Translations under genes and position numbers: made by a program
Assembly (NCBI RefSeq): GCF_039654945.1
Contig: NW_027361677.1
Location: forward strand, 24,118,001-24,182,000
DNA from: Dendrobates tinctorius
Taxonomy: Eukaryota
Length of the DNA: 64,000 nucleotides
Direction of reading: 5' to 3'
Part shown: piece after piece, positions 12,701 to 26,146 of the stretch
Position numbering within the stretch: position 1 is the first letter of the stretch
Layout: each line of letters starts with the position of its first letter
Notes under the pieces: generated by a model
The model's database searches: none
The model's input: the letters and a program-made list of their open reading frames with translations, nothing else
What the model was told of the DNA's origin: nothing

Positions 12701-15700
12701 GTCTAGATGGGACTTTGTATAGTACATTAATCCTCTATTATTCAGTACTGTATCCCTATATGCCTATTTATGTGTTCTATTATATGTGCAATATTTTGTG
12801 GGTTCTAGGGTCCCCCTCATCGTAGGATTTTCTCTGTTATCTGATAGGGGTCCCCCTAGTATTGGGGAAGGGACTCCACTAGTGGTGCCAGGGTACAATA
12901 GGGCCCCCAGGGACAGCCACCGTTGAGCGGGGGCGCCACAACGTTCCCCCTGGGGTGCCAACCTCCGCGGTTAGGAAGGTGATAACAGGAGACATCAATA
13001 GGGACTCCTAGGATATTCCCCACAATTTTATGTGTTTTGTATTTTTGGGACACTTTTTTTGTCTAGTTTTTCTGTGTTCACTTGTGGTGTGACCCTTGTT
13101 GGTTTTTTATTAATAAAGTATTATTTTTAGGGTAACCCTTCCATTTCCAATATTTCCCTTGTAGTTCTCTCTCTGTCCACCACGTGGCGTAACACTTCCA
13201 TTTCCAATGCTTCCCTTGTAGTTCCCTCTCTGTCCACCAGGTGGTGTAATGCTTCCATTTCCTATACTGCCTGTGTAGTTCTCTCTATGTCCACCAGGTG
13301 GTGTAATGCTTACATTTTCAATCCTGCCCATGTAGTTCCCTTTCTGTCCACCAGGTGGTGTAACGCTTACATTTCTAATCCTGCCTGTGTAGTTCTCTTT
13401 CCATCCACCAGGTGGTGTAACTTTTCCATATCCAATCCTGCCCTTGTATTTCCCTTTCTGTCCACCAGATGGTCTAGCGCTTCTTTTTCCAATGATCTGA
13501 GATGCCATCGTCTATACTATATTTTTTTCCCTTTTATTTCACAGTTGTTGCTATGGGAACTGGAACAAAATGTATCGGGCAATCAAAATTACGGAAGACC
13601 GGTGAGTTATGCCATCACTAGATTGGAGAATCTCTTTAACCCCTTCCTGACATTCGCTGTACATGTACAGCACCGTGGGACGTGCGTTCCTGCAAACCCT
13701 CAAACATAAAAGGTGCAATGATAGTGTGAGCTCACTCACAGAGCCAAACAATCATCAGCGGGCATCCGCTACAGATCGTGGCTGACACCGGGCAGAAATT
13801 ATCTGTGTTAGTGCAGAGGGTGGACGTTTAACCCCACGAATGCCCGTCAGTAGTGACATCGATCAGCATCGCAGCAGGAGGGAGCTCCCTTTCTGCTCCC
13901 ATCGGCACAACACTGGGGGTGAAGGGGTTAAGGATGTAGATGAATTGCTCAACTCAACTTTTTTTTTTTTTTTTTAACTCCTGCATAGAGAGCTAGACAA
14001 CAAAGAGCTGTCATCCATTATGGCCGGTATGACAGGAGTCGACTCGTCTGTCCGGCCATGAACACACTCACATGGGGAAAAATATATATAAGACTGAGCG
14101 GAGGTCGGCGCCACTTATTTCAATGTCTTGTACTGTATACGGGGTCAGACACGACCCTGGCATTAATCACTACGTTGTGTTCCTGCCCAGGTGACGTTCT
14201 CCAGGACAGTCATGCGGAGATAATTGCAAAGAGGAGTTTTCAGAGGTAACGATGCTGATTCTGCATGAATGCTTGTTAGTCACAGACATCTGACGACTTG
14301 TCGGCTCCCGCACTATCCTTTCTTCTGCCGTGTCCTCATATCCGCAATTGACGGCTTTGCTGTGGAAAGTTTACGTAGTACATCCACTGTGGCAAGTCAG
14401 CACTTAATCTTTCAGATGTTGGTCTGAACTTTACTGCTGATCGTCTGCAGTGTGCAAAATAAAACAAAAAACGTTATATCTGCCCCATGACTGGTCGCGG
14501 CCGGTCCAGTACTCCTCTGCTTCCTGTGATGAAGTTTTATCCCAGTGATCGGCAGCAGCAGTTAGATATGATCAAATAGCAGCACCACGGGAGGCGAGCG
14601 TAGGAGCGGCGCGGGAGGCGAGCGTAGGTGCGGCGAGCGTAGGAGCGGCGCGGGAGGCGAGCGTAGGAGCGGCGCGGGAGGCGAGCCTAGGAGCGGCGCG
14701 GGAGGCGAGTATAGGATTGAGAATCAGTGTATCCTCTCTAAACTATGGGGTGGAACAGCGCCTCTCTTCTGTACCTGCAGGCTGAGAGAAGCTGCGGGAC
14801 AGCACAGTACACACGACCGGTGCCCGTTTCCTCCGCAGCTCTCAAGTTCTGTGTGTGGAAGCAGTAAAGCACAATGCAAAAATAAAAGGGAGAAAGTGAA
14901 GGGACAAAAGGGCTCGAAGAGGATTAGATAAACACCACCGCTGTCTTCTGTGCACTGGTCGGGTGCGGAAATGCAGGTCAGCGTCGGGGTAATGTGTCGG
15001 AACGAGCTGCAATAGCGCTCACAATCTGGGCGCCGCTTGTGATGATATAACTGTGACTTGAGTCGAGTATAGGATCAGACATGTCTGGGGGGAAAGATCG
15101 GCCATGTCTGGGGGGGAATTGGGGGATTGACTGTGTCTGGGGGGAAATCGGTAGATCGGCCATGCCGGGGGAATGATCGGCCATGTCCGGGGAGGGGGGA
15201 TCAGGCATGTAGTGGGGAGGGGGAACAACATGTCTGGGGGTGGGATCTGCCATGTAGTGGGGAGGGGGAACAACATGTCTGGGGGGGGGGGGGATCTACT
15301 GTATCTTGGGGAGGGTGATTGGCCATGTCACGGGATCAGACCGCTCGTCTTACAGAGTAGACACTAGGCTTTTGTTCAGTACTACACACTGTAATGGGGG
15401 CTCTGCCTTCTTGTCTCGGTCAGGTATCTCCTCCACCAGCTTTCCTTAGCACTGTCAGGGAGCCGGGATTGTGTTCTGGTCCCTGGGAGTGATGCCAACA
15501 GGTGGGCTCTGAGGCCGGGGGTCTCCTTTGTGTTCTTCACCAGTCACACACCATGTAAGTACCCACTTATGCTAATGGAGGGGGTCCTGTGCATGGCTGC
15601 CATGTTGGGGCCCCTGTGGATCCACATAGGGGACACACCGTTCCCTTCCGTGTCTGACCGCCATAGAGCATCCATCTAATACCCCTACAGGCGGTGATGC

Positions 15701-18700
15701 CTCCATTATTCCCATGCTTCCCCCAGAGGACCAGCTCTGTCCCACGTCCGCAGCGTCATCCGAGGCTACACCGATCACTGCCGGCAATAAAAGGAAGCTG
15801 GCGGCTTGTGATTCCCCCGCTGCTAAGAGAATGAGACCAGATGGATCCGTGCAGGAAACCGGGGGCAAAACTAAACTGAAGGAACAGGAGGACAGTGCAT
15901 ATTTTAACCCTGAGCCCATAGATGTGTTCAGGACCGGAGCGAAGTGTGTTCCCGGGGAGGTGCAGGACAGGCGGGATCCAGGGCCGGACTATCACACTGT
16001 GGGGGTCCTCCGCATCAAGCCCGGCCGGGGGGACCGAACCATATCCATGTCCTGCAGCGATAAGATGGCTCGCTGGAACGTGCTGGGCCTCCAGGGAGCG
16101 CTACTCATGCACTTTGTACAACAGCCCGTCTATCTGTCCTCGGTGGTGGTGGGCAAGTGCTCGTTCAGCCGGCAGTCCATGGAGCGGGCTCTGCACAGTC
16201 GGTACGTCATACATCATGGCCACTATTCACCATGAATACAGGGGAAGGCAGCGGCGGACTCGTCTGATTTCTTTTTTTCTTTCCTATCCAGGTGCCAAAA
16301 TGTACGGGGTCTGCCCGACGGATACCGCGTGCATCAGCCACAGATTCTGCACTCACAATTACAGTTTCAGCACGGAAGAGACGCACTGAGCAAGGCGGAC
16401 GGCGCAAGGAAGATGGTGCCCTGCGGGGCAGGTGAGTCCAGGCCGGAGATGTACGCCTGACCGTACCATGCTGCACGACGCCCTAAAGCAGAGGGGTAGC
16501 TAGGTTCTCTGTCTCTGGGGGGCAAGAACTAATTCTCTCAATGTCCAGTCAAACGCTGAGAGAAGCAGGAAGAGAAGTTCATTGTCACGTGACCTTAAGT
16601 ATGAAAATCGCATATGAGTGAAGTGGCCATGTGATGACTGTTGGAACCTGCAGCACTGAATCTTGACAGTGAGGATATTACACAATGTTAGGATTGGCTA
16701 AAGTGATTCATTTTATAATTAAAGTGCTTGTCCAGGTTTGCGATGAAAGTCCACAGTCGCTCTATGTGACTGCAGGCTTCTGAAATCTCACAGAGCATGC
16801 ACTTGACTCTTTTAGGATTAGTCTTTGCCGGTTGCAAGATTGGACGGTCATGTCAGCACAAGTATGAGATTTGAATATTTCTGGCCATATTCCGACTAGA
16901 CTTGTCCGGTCTCACTCAATTCATTTTCATTGAGTAAGGCCACAAATGTCTAGTTGGCATGTGACCGCCGCATGTCTGTAAATCGCTGGCACGAGAAAAT
17001 CTTGACAGCTTGCAGTGCGCACTGTGAGAATTCAGAAGTCTGCAGTCACATAGAATGCTGCAGACTCAGCGCACACTAATGCTCCTAAAATACATAAAAA
17101 TATAAGAACTAATCAGTATCACAAAAAACATTTACATCCAGGTACCTGATAGATGACGTCTCTGTAGTCGTTCTCTTTCTTTTCGTCTTCATCTTGTCCA
17201 GCTCGTCTCTACAGACTTCCATCTTCTCCGGTCTTCTGCAGCACATCCTCACACGACGCCCTTAAAGATAGAAGTGACATTATAATGCTCCTGACTTAAA
17301 ATATCTGCCCTACGCCGAGCCCCTAAATAACTGCCCCTCACTATATTCCCGGCACAAGATTTGACCCTCACACTGACCTTTCCGTACTGGGCCCCTTCAC
17401 ACTGTACACTCACACTGTGTCCTCTCTATAGGGCCCTGTCTCTATGCTGTGCCCTCTCATCACACTCCCCCCTCCTTGGCTTACTGTCTCCCCATGTTAT
17501 CCCCCCAACACTACTCAGTCTCTGTTCTATGCCCACTCACACTTTTGTTCCCCCTACTGTCTCCTCACACTATCCACCTCACGTTTCCCCCTCCCTCTTC
17601 ATACATTTACCCTCTCACTTTCCATACTGCCTCCTCACATCCCTGCAACTCCCCATACTGTGTCCGCATACGTTTCCCTACACTCCTCATACTATGTCTG
17701 CACCCATCCCCCCCATACATGCCCTCATCTCATACCTTCCTCATATTGTTTCTTAAAATGTCTCCTGCTTCCCATATTGTGTCTGCACCTGTCCCTTCTT
17801 TACTCCCCAAACTTATCCTCAAATCATCCCCCCGCTCCCCTAGCACTTTCCGCCAATGCTCTCAGCACCAGCGAGTGATGGCATCAGCATGATCACACAA
17901 CCCGATCACGCTGACAATGTTGCTCTGACCCGGTGGTCTTACAGACGCGAGTGCAATTGTTTACTGGGAGCCGGCATGCTGCAGCTTCTCTGTCCCACTT
18001 CCCAGTCCAGGGGGGCGGCGGATGGCAGCCTGCCGGGGGAGACACTTCGGGCCTCCATGTTAGGTGGCCCGACTGCGCTTCCCTGCCGGCTGCGTAGTAA
18101 ATGGTCTCTTAATATTCTCAGGGGCACAACAACCAGATAGTACAGCTAAAACGTTCAGCGATTGTGTCTGGTATGGAACGACCTTTTTCTGCCATCAGAT
18201 ACCGAGTAGAATTAACGTTGTGTTCAATCTTTCCTGCAGCGATTAGTTGGTGCGCAGTCCCACATCAGCCACTAGATGTCACCGCTAACGGCTACAGACA
18301 AGGGACAACGAAAAAGGCAATCGGAGCGCCACAGTCCAGGTAGTGATACCGCTAGTGTAGGGGCTGCAGAGGGTCCTGCACCCCAGCAGGTCTGTAACCG
18401 GGCTTGGTGCCGGGACATAGAGGCGAGCCAACTACACAGTGGATTACCCAAAAAGCGTTAACACCAGTGGTACATGGCGTCCTCTTGGGGGTCAGCCCGA
18501 TGTTGTGACCCGGCGCGGACGTGGTGTAGTTACTGCTGTATATAATGGAAGGTGATTTATGTTTTTATCCAGATCCCGAATCTGTAAAGTGGAAATGTTT
18601 CATACGTTCCGTCACCTGGTGGAGAATCTGTCCGAAGAGCAGATCCCGGCGACCCTCAGGTAACGGCTTTGCACACCCGAAAATGATAAACTGGTGACTA

Positions 18701-21700
18701 GCCGCAGCGGGCGTGTGTCCTGAGCATGGGCCGCGATGTGCGGACCGGCCGGGGGGACTACTGACCTGAACTCTGCAGCTTAATGGATTCCTATGGCACT
18801 GTTAAGTCCAGGTCTGAACATCACGGCCCGCCCTCAGGACGAGGGTCTGCGGACAGCGGTGGACGCTGTACGTTTATGGTGCTCAACGTTGATTACCTAG
18901 CGCCAAAGGGTTAAAGATAAAGCTAAATGTCCGGGCAGGACGGCTCCGCAGATGAGTAGCTCTGCTCTGCAGGGAGGGACAACGGCCGGGACGGCTCCGC
19001 AAATGAACAGCTCTGCTCTGCAGGGTGGGACAATGGCCAGGACGGCTCCGCAGATGAGCAGCTCTGCTCTGCAGGGTGGGACAACGGCCGGGACGGCTCC
19101 GCAGATGAGCAGCTCTGCTCTGCAGGGTGGGACAACGGCCGGGACGGCTCCGCAGATGAGCAGCTCTGCTCTGCAGGGTGGGACAATGGCCGGGACGGCT
19201 CCGCAGATGAGCAGCTCTGCTCTGCAGGGTGGGACAATGGACGGGACAGCTCCACAGATGAGCAGCTCTGCTGGGTGGGACAACGGCCGGGACGGCTCCG
19301 CAGATGAGCAGCTCTGCTCTGCAGGGTGGGACAATGGCCAGGACGGGTCCACAGATGAGCAGCTCTGCTCTGCAGGGTGGGACAATGGCCGGGACGCCTG
19401 CCTGCTGTGAAGGAATGTCCGTGACTTGTGATGTCACCCCGTCCTGGGATTCAGAGGGGCGAACGAAAGAATATTCTCCACGCCTCATACATGTCACAGC
19501 TAAAGGGGGATGCTGGTTTACTCACTAGTCCGTCCTCCTGTAACGGCCTTAAAGGGGTTGTCCACTTCAATAAATCGGCGCTCTCTCGATATTCGCTTTG
19601 GTCTCTAAGCCTGACAACTTCACTTCCAGCCCACAGAATCGCTTCCTCTATGTATTTAGACCGGATACTTCTGTAGCAGACCTTGAGCTGTGAGACATAT
19701 TAGGTCTTGCATGAAGCAAGCAGAGATCTTACCTGAGACGTAAAGTGTTTTTGGAAAGATTTAAAGGGAAGGTGCTTTTTTTTTAATCATTTTTGCAGCC
19801 ACAGGGCGCTGCCATTTTGCTTTGCAGGAGTGTAAGAGTCCCAGCACGACACTTGCACTCTGCAAATATGGCAGCCCTGGGCATAGGAGACAGCGGTCGC
19901 CCGCTGACCCTATATCTTGCATTGAGCTGCTACCTGCTGTGATCTGGGCGCGCCCCCTGGGCCGTCCGGATCACAGCAGAGGGAGGAGATCGGAGCCATT
20001 TTTCTGGAGCTCAGTGTATCTGTGAGCTCCACTTTCCCCCTATAACCGCTCGGCTCAATGAGAGCCGCGCTGTAATAGGAGGGACCACTCGATCTGTCAC
20101 CCCCTTCACAGCGGGCGTTAGCTGTCATCTTCTCAGGAGCTGCAGAGAGGAAGGGGGAAGGCTCCTCGCTGCAGCTCCTGTTCAGGACTTCAGACCACCC
20201 ACTTCCTCCTGTCTAGCACTGAGTATCTAATCCTATTGTGTGTGATACTGACTGCTGAGCCGTGTATCTAATCCTATCCCCCATATCAGACCTCCCTTCT
20301 TAAAACCCCCCTATTGGATCCCCCTTTTAAGACCCCCCCATTAGACATTCCCTTCTATGACCCCCCCTATCAGACCCTCCCATCAGACCTCCCCCATGAG
20401 ACCCTCCTTAAAAACCCCCCTATCAGACCCTCCTTTTTAAATCTCCCCCCCCTTATCAGACCCCCCCCTGTTACGACCTCCCCCCTTTTAAGACGCCCCC
20501 TCTATCGGACACCCCTCTATCGGACCCCCCTTTTAAGTCCCCCCTTGTCGGCCTCCATTTTAATACCCCCCCTTTTAAGACACCCCCCCTCTATCGGACG
20601 CCCCTTTTAAGACCCCTCCCTTTTAAGACCCCCCCTCTTATCGGACCCTCCCCCCTTTTAAGACCCCCCTCTAGCGGACCCCCTTATCGACCACCCCCCC
20701 CCTAAGACCTCCCTCTATCGGACCTCCCCTCTATCGGACCCCCCCAATCTATCGGACACCCTCCCTCTATCGGACTCCCCCTTATCGGACCCCCCCTCTA
20801 TCGGACCACCCCCTCTATCGGACCCTCCCTTTTAAGACCCCTCCCTTTTAAGACCCCCTCTATCGGACCCCCTTATCGACCCCCCCCCTTATCGACCCCC
20901 CCTCTTATCAGACCCCATCCTTTAAAGACTTCACCCTTTTAAGACCCCCCCATTTAAGATGCCCCCTTTTAAGACCCCCCCTTTTAAGACCCCCTTAACG
21001 GACCCCCAATTATCGGACCCCACCCTTTTAAGACCTTGCTCTTATCGGACCCTCCCCCCTCTATCGGACCCCCCCTCTTAAGACCCCTTCCTTTTAAGAC
21101 CCCCCCTTTATCGGACCCCCCTTTTAGAACCCCCCCTTTTTAAGACCCCCCTTATCGGACCCTCTTCCCCCTCATCAGATTCCCCCTTAAGACCCCCTCC
21201 TGTCAGACCCCCCTAATCAGACCCTCCCCTGTAACAGCGTGTCCCTCCCCCTGCCTGTGTTCCTGGACTGTAATGTATTCAGGCCTAGGTCCACCATTAG
21301 CCCCCGTCACACACAGTGAGATCGCTAGCGAGATCGCTGTGTGTGACAGGTATCGGCGACCAAAATAAGGAAATGGTTGCACTCAATTGTATTAAGGCAT
21401 ATCAAATATGAAATATATGAAATACGAATAGCATAATGGCTTTTGGAATTTAGAAAAAACATATGAGATACTTAGCACAAAATTTGGCCAAAAGATGTGA
21501 GCCCATTCACCAACGTCAAGGTGATCTCATTGAACGGGTCCCTATTCTAACTGCCTCGTGTGAACTACTGGCTAATAACAAGATAAAGCCTGTATTTATA
21601 GGAGGATAGGAACCAAAAAGTGATTGGATGTAATTAAAATGTTTTCGTATGCACCTATTCAGACTAGGATGTGCCGTCAGTTTTTTCTGTAATTTGTATG

Positions 21701-23862
21701 TTCGCTTTCTGACTTAGCACTCCGCCCTTCATCAGGCTGTGATTTTAATTACAATCACTTTTTGGTTCCTATCCTCCTATACAGGCTTTATCTTGTTATT
21801 AGCCAGTAGTTCACACTAGGCAGTTAGAATAGGTTCAATGAGATCACCTTGACGTTGGTGAATGGGCTCACATCTTTTGGCCAAATTTTGTGCTAAGTAT
21901 CTCATATGTTTTTTTCTAAATTACAAAAGCCATTATGCTATTCGTATTTCATATATTTCATATTTGATATGCCTTAATGCAATTGAGTGCAACCATTTCC
22001 TTATTTTGATATGTAAGCTGTTTTTTGGTATGCACCTATTCAGACTAGGATGTGCCGTCAGGTATCAGCGACCAGCCCCCCCCCCCCCCCCCCCCCCGCC
22101 GGGTATCGCTGATCGTTCTGGAAAGCCCTGGACATTTTTTTTGATCGTTGGTCTCCCGCTGGCCAGCACGCATCGCTGCATGTGGCAGGCGGGAGACCAA
22201 CGAGCTGGAATCCAAGGTAAACCGCAGGTTTCTAAGCGGCGCGCAGAACTTAGAAACCCGCTGTTTACCTTGGATACCAGCTCCCTGCACCAGCGCGCTG
22301 GTATCTAAGGTACACTGCAGGTAACTAAGCGACGTGCGTTGCTTGTTACCCACGTCGTCGCTGTCCTGATCGCTGCTGAGATCTGCCTGTTTGGCAGCTC
22401 ACCAGCGATCATGTAGTGACTACCAGCAATCCTGGCAAGGTCATATCGTTGTCGGGATCGCTGGTGCGTCGCTATGTGTAACCGGGGGCTTAACTTGTAC
22501 TGCATCTAGTGGGGGATTCTGTCTTTGTTCTTCTCAGCATGGGAATTGGTCAATACACAAACCTGTAAGATAGAATGGAGTCCATAGCTTGTGGAAGCTT
22601 CTCAATGTAGCCACATGTTAAAAGTTGGTGTGAACCTCCCCCATTGATGGGCTGATCCCAGGACAGAGGACAATAGACTCATGTGTAGGCTGAGTCACTT
22701 GTGTGGTGACCTGTGAAGAGCTGGGATCTTATGCCGAGGCGAGATCCCAGTGCCCATGTGTGGAGAGTTAGAAATTGCCACACGGAATGGTGTTATCTCC
22801 CTCATCTGTTGGATCCATTGAACTCATCCCAGGATTATTTTCTTTCCCTGGCCCCACCCCGGAAGTGTTTCCCTCTTGGTGTGGACTCATTGTGGACTCT
22901 TAACAGACGCTATTGATATTTTTTGTTCTGTGCTCCCTGTCTCAATAAATCCCGTTGGATTGATCTTCGGCCTGGTGTCCCTTCCTGCTCTGTCACACAC
23001 ACCGTCACACCCCCCCCATCGGACCGACCCCCCCCTTTTAAGAACGCACCCCTCTTCTTAAGAACCCCCCTTCTTAAGACCCCCCCCCCCCCATTAGACA
23101 CTCCCGACCCCCCTCTATCACACCAGGGGCGGTTTTAATTTCTTTTTTTTCACATTTTTTATAACTTTTGTTCTTTTTTACATTTTACTATATTTCGTCC
23201 TCTTGGGAGAGTTGAAGCTGCGATCGTCCGAGCTCCACATCATGCTTCATCCCTGCCATGTACAGCAAAAATCACATTCTAATATGAACGTAAGCCACAA
23301 GCCGGCATTCACAAGAGATTCACAATGGCAAACACAGGGGTCTTTCTGCAGACCCCCTGCTGTCATGACAACCCATCGGCACCCCGCGATCATGTGATGA
23401 GTGCTGATGGGTGGGATTTGTGACACGCTTCCAGTTGGCACATGTTAAATCCAGTTGTCAGAGACTGGCAGCGGGATTTAACTGGTTAACAGCTGCAGGC
23501 CAAGCTCTCCCATGGGAGATTTTAGGCTCTTGATACCTTAGTTTCTTCTCTGGTGGCTTCTTACATCCCAGAGAACTAAGGAGAGCCTCCTGACATCACC
23601 CAGAGTGTCGTCCCCCAGCTCTTCCAGCTTAGACCGTGACTCAAGGACTCGTCTTTATCGTGATTTCAGGGTTTATTGGTCCCATCGCTGGTTTAGGTAA
23701 ATCTCGTATAATACCTTATCCTTTTTCTCTTCCAGGAACTCGAGGACATATTGTGATTACAAAGAAGCTGCTGTGTGTTACCAGGAGGCCTGGAGGCGAC
23801 TCCGAGAACAGAGCTTCACATCCTGGATCCGAGCGTCACGCGACTACCTGCACTTCAGCTGA
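9781..23862 (+). CDS. ADAT1: tRNA-specific adenosine deaminase 1 (A37 of tRNA-Ala), 451 aa
   Basis: Coding exons 9781-9782 (AT), 10420-10565, 13545-13601, 14191-14245, 15424-15554, 15691-16201, 16292-16431, 18240-18339, 18573-18659 and 23736-23862 (TGA) total 1356 nt with all phases compatible. The deaminase motifs DSHAE, HTPCGDAS and MSCSDK are intact. The 2-nt first coding exon is less certain than the rest. Confidence 0.95.
10699..13133. mobile_element. Penelope-like element fragment with ~714 bp inverted arms in ADAT1 intron 2
   Basis: Arms 10754-11467 and 12414-13133 are near-identical reverse complements (the ORF track shows mirrored ORFs). The spacer holds a hammerhead motif. The insertion splits a 57-bp tandem array, with gtaaccYttccattt on both sides. 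Confidence 0.75.
11521..11559 (-). ncRNA. Minimal type I hammerhead ribozyme motif (PLE-associated)
   Basis: Minus strand reads GCCTC-CTGATGA-TCCCAAAGGGGT-GAAA-CGCGTT-GAGGC: stem I GCCTC/GAGGC, CUGAUGA and GAAA cores, stem II, and palindromic stem III AACGCGTT. Confidence 0.7.
13132..13470. repeat. 57-bp tandem repeat (continues at 10596-10698)
   Basis: The core tccaccaggtggtgtaa recurs every 57 bp. Confidence 0.85.
13640..13927. mobile_element. piggyBac-type MITE
   Basis: TTAA-CCCCTTC...GAAGGGG-TTAA. Confidence 0.7.
14588..14712. repeat. 24-bp GC-rich tandem repeat (GGGAGGCGAGCGTAGGAGCGGCGC), ~5 copies
   Basis: Direct repeats seen in the sequence. Confidence 0.85.
18930..19400. repeat. 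51-bp minisatellite, ~9 copies, ADAT1 intron 9
   Basis: Unit GGCCGGGACGGCTCCGCAGATGAGCAGCTCTGCTCTGCAGGGTGGGACAAC. Confidence 0.92.
20280..21229. repeat. C-rich satellite (TTTAAGACCCCC / TATCGGACCCCC), resumes at 23010-23120
   Basis: Degenerate short units on both sides of the LTR insertion. Confidence 0.85.
21230..23009 (+). mobile_element. Solo LTR (~590 bp once its insert is removed) with nested insertions
   Basis: TGTAAC...GTCACA termini, CCCC flanks (4-bp TSD, but within a C-rich satellite) and an internal AATAAA at about 22944. Confidence 0.6.
21300..22489. mobile_element. Harbinger-type MITE inside the LTR, itself interrupted by a Penelope-like inverted repeat (~21361-22060)
   Basis: TTA-GCCCCCGTCACAC...GTGTAACCGGGGGC-TTA, with internal inverted arms at about 21361-21640 and 21740-22008. 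Confidence 0.7.
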
Positions 23863-23871
23863 GACCAACAG

Positions 23872-24253
23872 TGGAAATCGGCACGTCCACCCAAGTGTAA
23901 GACTGGCACCGAACCCGGGGATTGGCAATCGGCACGTCCACCCAACTGTAAGACTGGCACCGAACCCGGGGATTGGCAGTCGGCACTTCCACCAAAGTGT
24001 AAGACTGATACCGAACCCGGGGATTGGCAATCAGCACGTCCACCCAACTGTAAGACTGGCACCGAACCCGGGGATTGGCAGTCGGCACTTCCACCAAAGT
24101 GTAAGACTGATACCGAACCCGGGGATTGGCGATCAGCACGTCCACCCAAGTCTAAGACTGACACGAAACCCGGGGATTGGCAATCGGCGCGTCCACCCAA
24201 GTATAACACTGACACTGAACCCGGGGATTGGCAATCGGCACGTCCACCCAAGT
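23872..24253. repeat. 51-bp tandem repeat in the ADAT1 3'UTR (~7 copies); paralogue at 42100-42730
   Basis: Unit GGCAATCGGCACGTCCACCCAAGTGTAAGACTGGCACCGAACCCGGGGATT. Confidence 0.9.
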
Positions 24254-25281
24254 GGATTATGATTTGAACAAAAAAAATAAAAGGTGTTTTTCAATTACTT
24301 TCTTTTGTAGTCACATTTTTAAACAATGGGAACACAAAAAAAAACCCTGCACCCTTCCACCGATGCTTTCTCCCGACATCAAAAATGACAGCATCATATA
24401 AAGCGTGCATAGCTGTGACCCATGTTGTGCTGATCCAGACTATTGGGTCACCATAAGTCAGGGGTACACAACATTTTCTGGTCCAAGGGATGCAAAAAAT
24501 TTACAGCAGTACTTGCATCAATACATCACCAGGACTAAGTTTTGGGTATTTGAGGAGGATTTGGAGAGAATCTGCTCTGTAGTATCTATCTGAAAGCTAC
24601 TACTGCGCAGGCGAGGATGCCATTTTGCTATAGTTACATTTTTTAAGCCCCAACCTGACAATGCCTGTAGTTTACTACATGATGACAGGTTCTCTTTAAC
24701 AATGGTGAGGAGATACTGGGAGTCGTTAAGTCATCAGACTGCGGACCATGCGGGAACCACAGGACTGATGACAGTCCGTATCGCAGATAATTACATCGGG
24801 TTCCTTATATTTTACATCTTCTCTGAATGAATTTGTTCCCATCACTTCTTGTCTCCATGTAGCACAGATGCCATGGAGAGATTTCCTGCTCAGAGCTCGT
24901 CTTCACAGACTTCCCTCCTCTCCATCTTCAGCAGCGATTTCCGACACTGTGCTCTTGAAAATTTAAGTATCGTTTTACTGCCCCATAAAGATCTCCCATG
25001 CTGCACGCCCGAATAAATAATTGCCTGGGCTTCCTGAATAATATACCCCCCACCACGGCGCCTCTATAAAATGTTCCCCTCACACCACACTGCCCCTTTG
25101 AATTAAGTACCCCTCACCACCACCTCGAACAAAACTATGCCCTCTTTCAAAATAGACACCCCCATTACGTGTCCTCAAGGTAACATTAACCCCTTCCCAT
25201 CTTATCCACAATGATTAAGCTTCGGCTACTTTGGCCGCAAAGTCTCGTCCTGGTGGTTTGGTGTCTGCAGCAGCGTGATCA

Positions 25282-25602
25282 CACTGCTGCACACTGGGGA
25301 CTGATGAGCGCTGCTGCACGCCGGGGCCGGGACTGATGAGTGCTGCTGCACGCTGGGGACTGATGAGCGCTGCTGCACGCCGGGGCCGGGACTGATGAGT
25401 GCTGCTGCACGCTGGGGACTGATGAGCGCTGCTGCACGCCGGGGCCGGGACTGATGAGTGCTGCTGCACACTGGGGACTGATGAGCGCTGCTGCACGCCG
25501 GGACTGATGAGCGCTGCTGCACGCCGGGGCCGGGACTGATGAGTGCTGCTGCACACTGGGGACTGATGAGTGCTGCTGCACGCCGGGACTGATGAGCGCT
25601 GC
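25282..25602. repeat. 27/32-bp alternating minisatellite (GGGACTGATGAGCGCTGCTGCACGCC); shorter paralogue at 43851-43963
   Basis: Direct repeats seen in the sequence. Confidence 0.9.
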
Positions 25603-26146
25603 TTCTATCCCGGCTCCACAGTGTTTAAATGTGTTTGTGTCTAAAAGACGCAAATACATTTGAGTAGAAGAAGAAGCAGTGCATCTCGGACAGCCCCACG
25701 GGCCGCACACCCTCGTCCGGTGGGCCGCACATTTTGCAGGTCTGTCATAATCCATAGTTCAGGTCTGGAGTTGTAAAGTGCATAGTGTGAGTAATTCCTT
25801 ACTGTGACGAAACGAGAAGTTATGGACTGAATGGTTTTATTTGCAGGAATTTGTAAAGGTGAATATTACATACCGGTAATTACTGATTACAATATCAATC
25901 ACTAATCATCTGTGTCTTATAGCGAAGGTCAGCAAATGACAGAACCATGGAAATAAAATCCAAAACCTATATATGATGAATGCTACCAGTGGGGGGGTCG
26001 CCAGTTTACCTCTTCCTAAGTACCTAAGTACTATTGACCATTTCACTGCCAAAGTAAATCGACTGAAGATATCTACCTTCCGACACGTTGCCGGCCTCTT
26101 TGGCAGTAAAGTGACGTCTTCACAAAGCACAAAAAATAAATTACGT

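Noticed and set aside
10834-13053. Identical short ORF pairs on + and - strands
   Set aside because: A consequence of the inverted repeat arms, with no recognisable protein.
18883-19528. Repeat-protein ORFs (MSSSALQGG..., CRAELLICG...)
   Set aside because: Translations of the 51-bp intronic minisatellite.
25282-25602. Tandem CTGATGAG suggesting a hammerhead or snoRNA array
   Set aside because: No GAAA core or closing stems, and no C/D box spacing. It is an ordinary VNTR.
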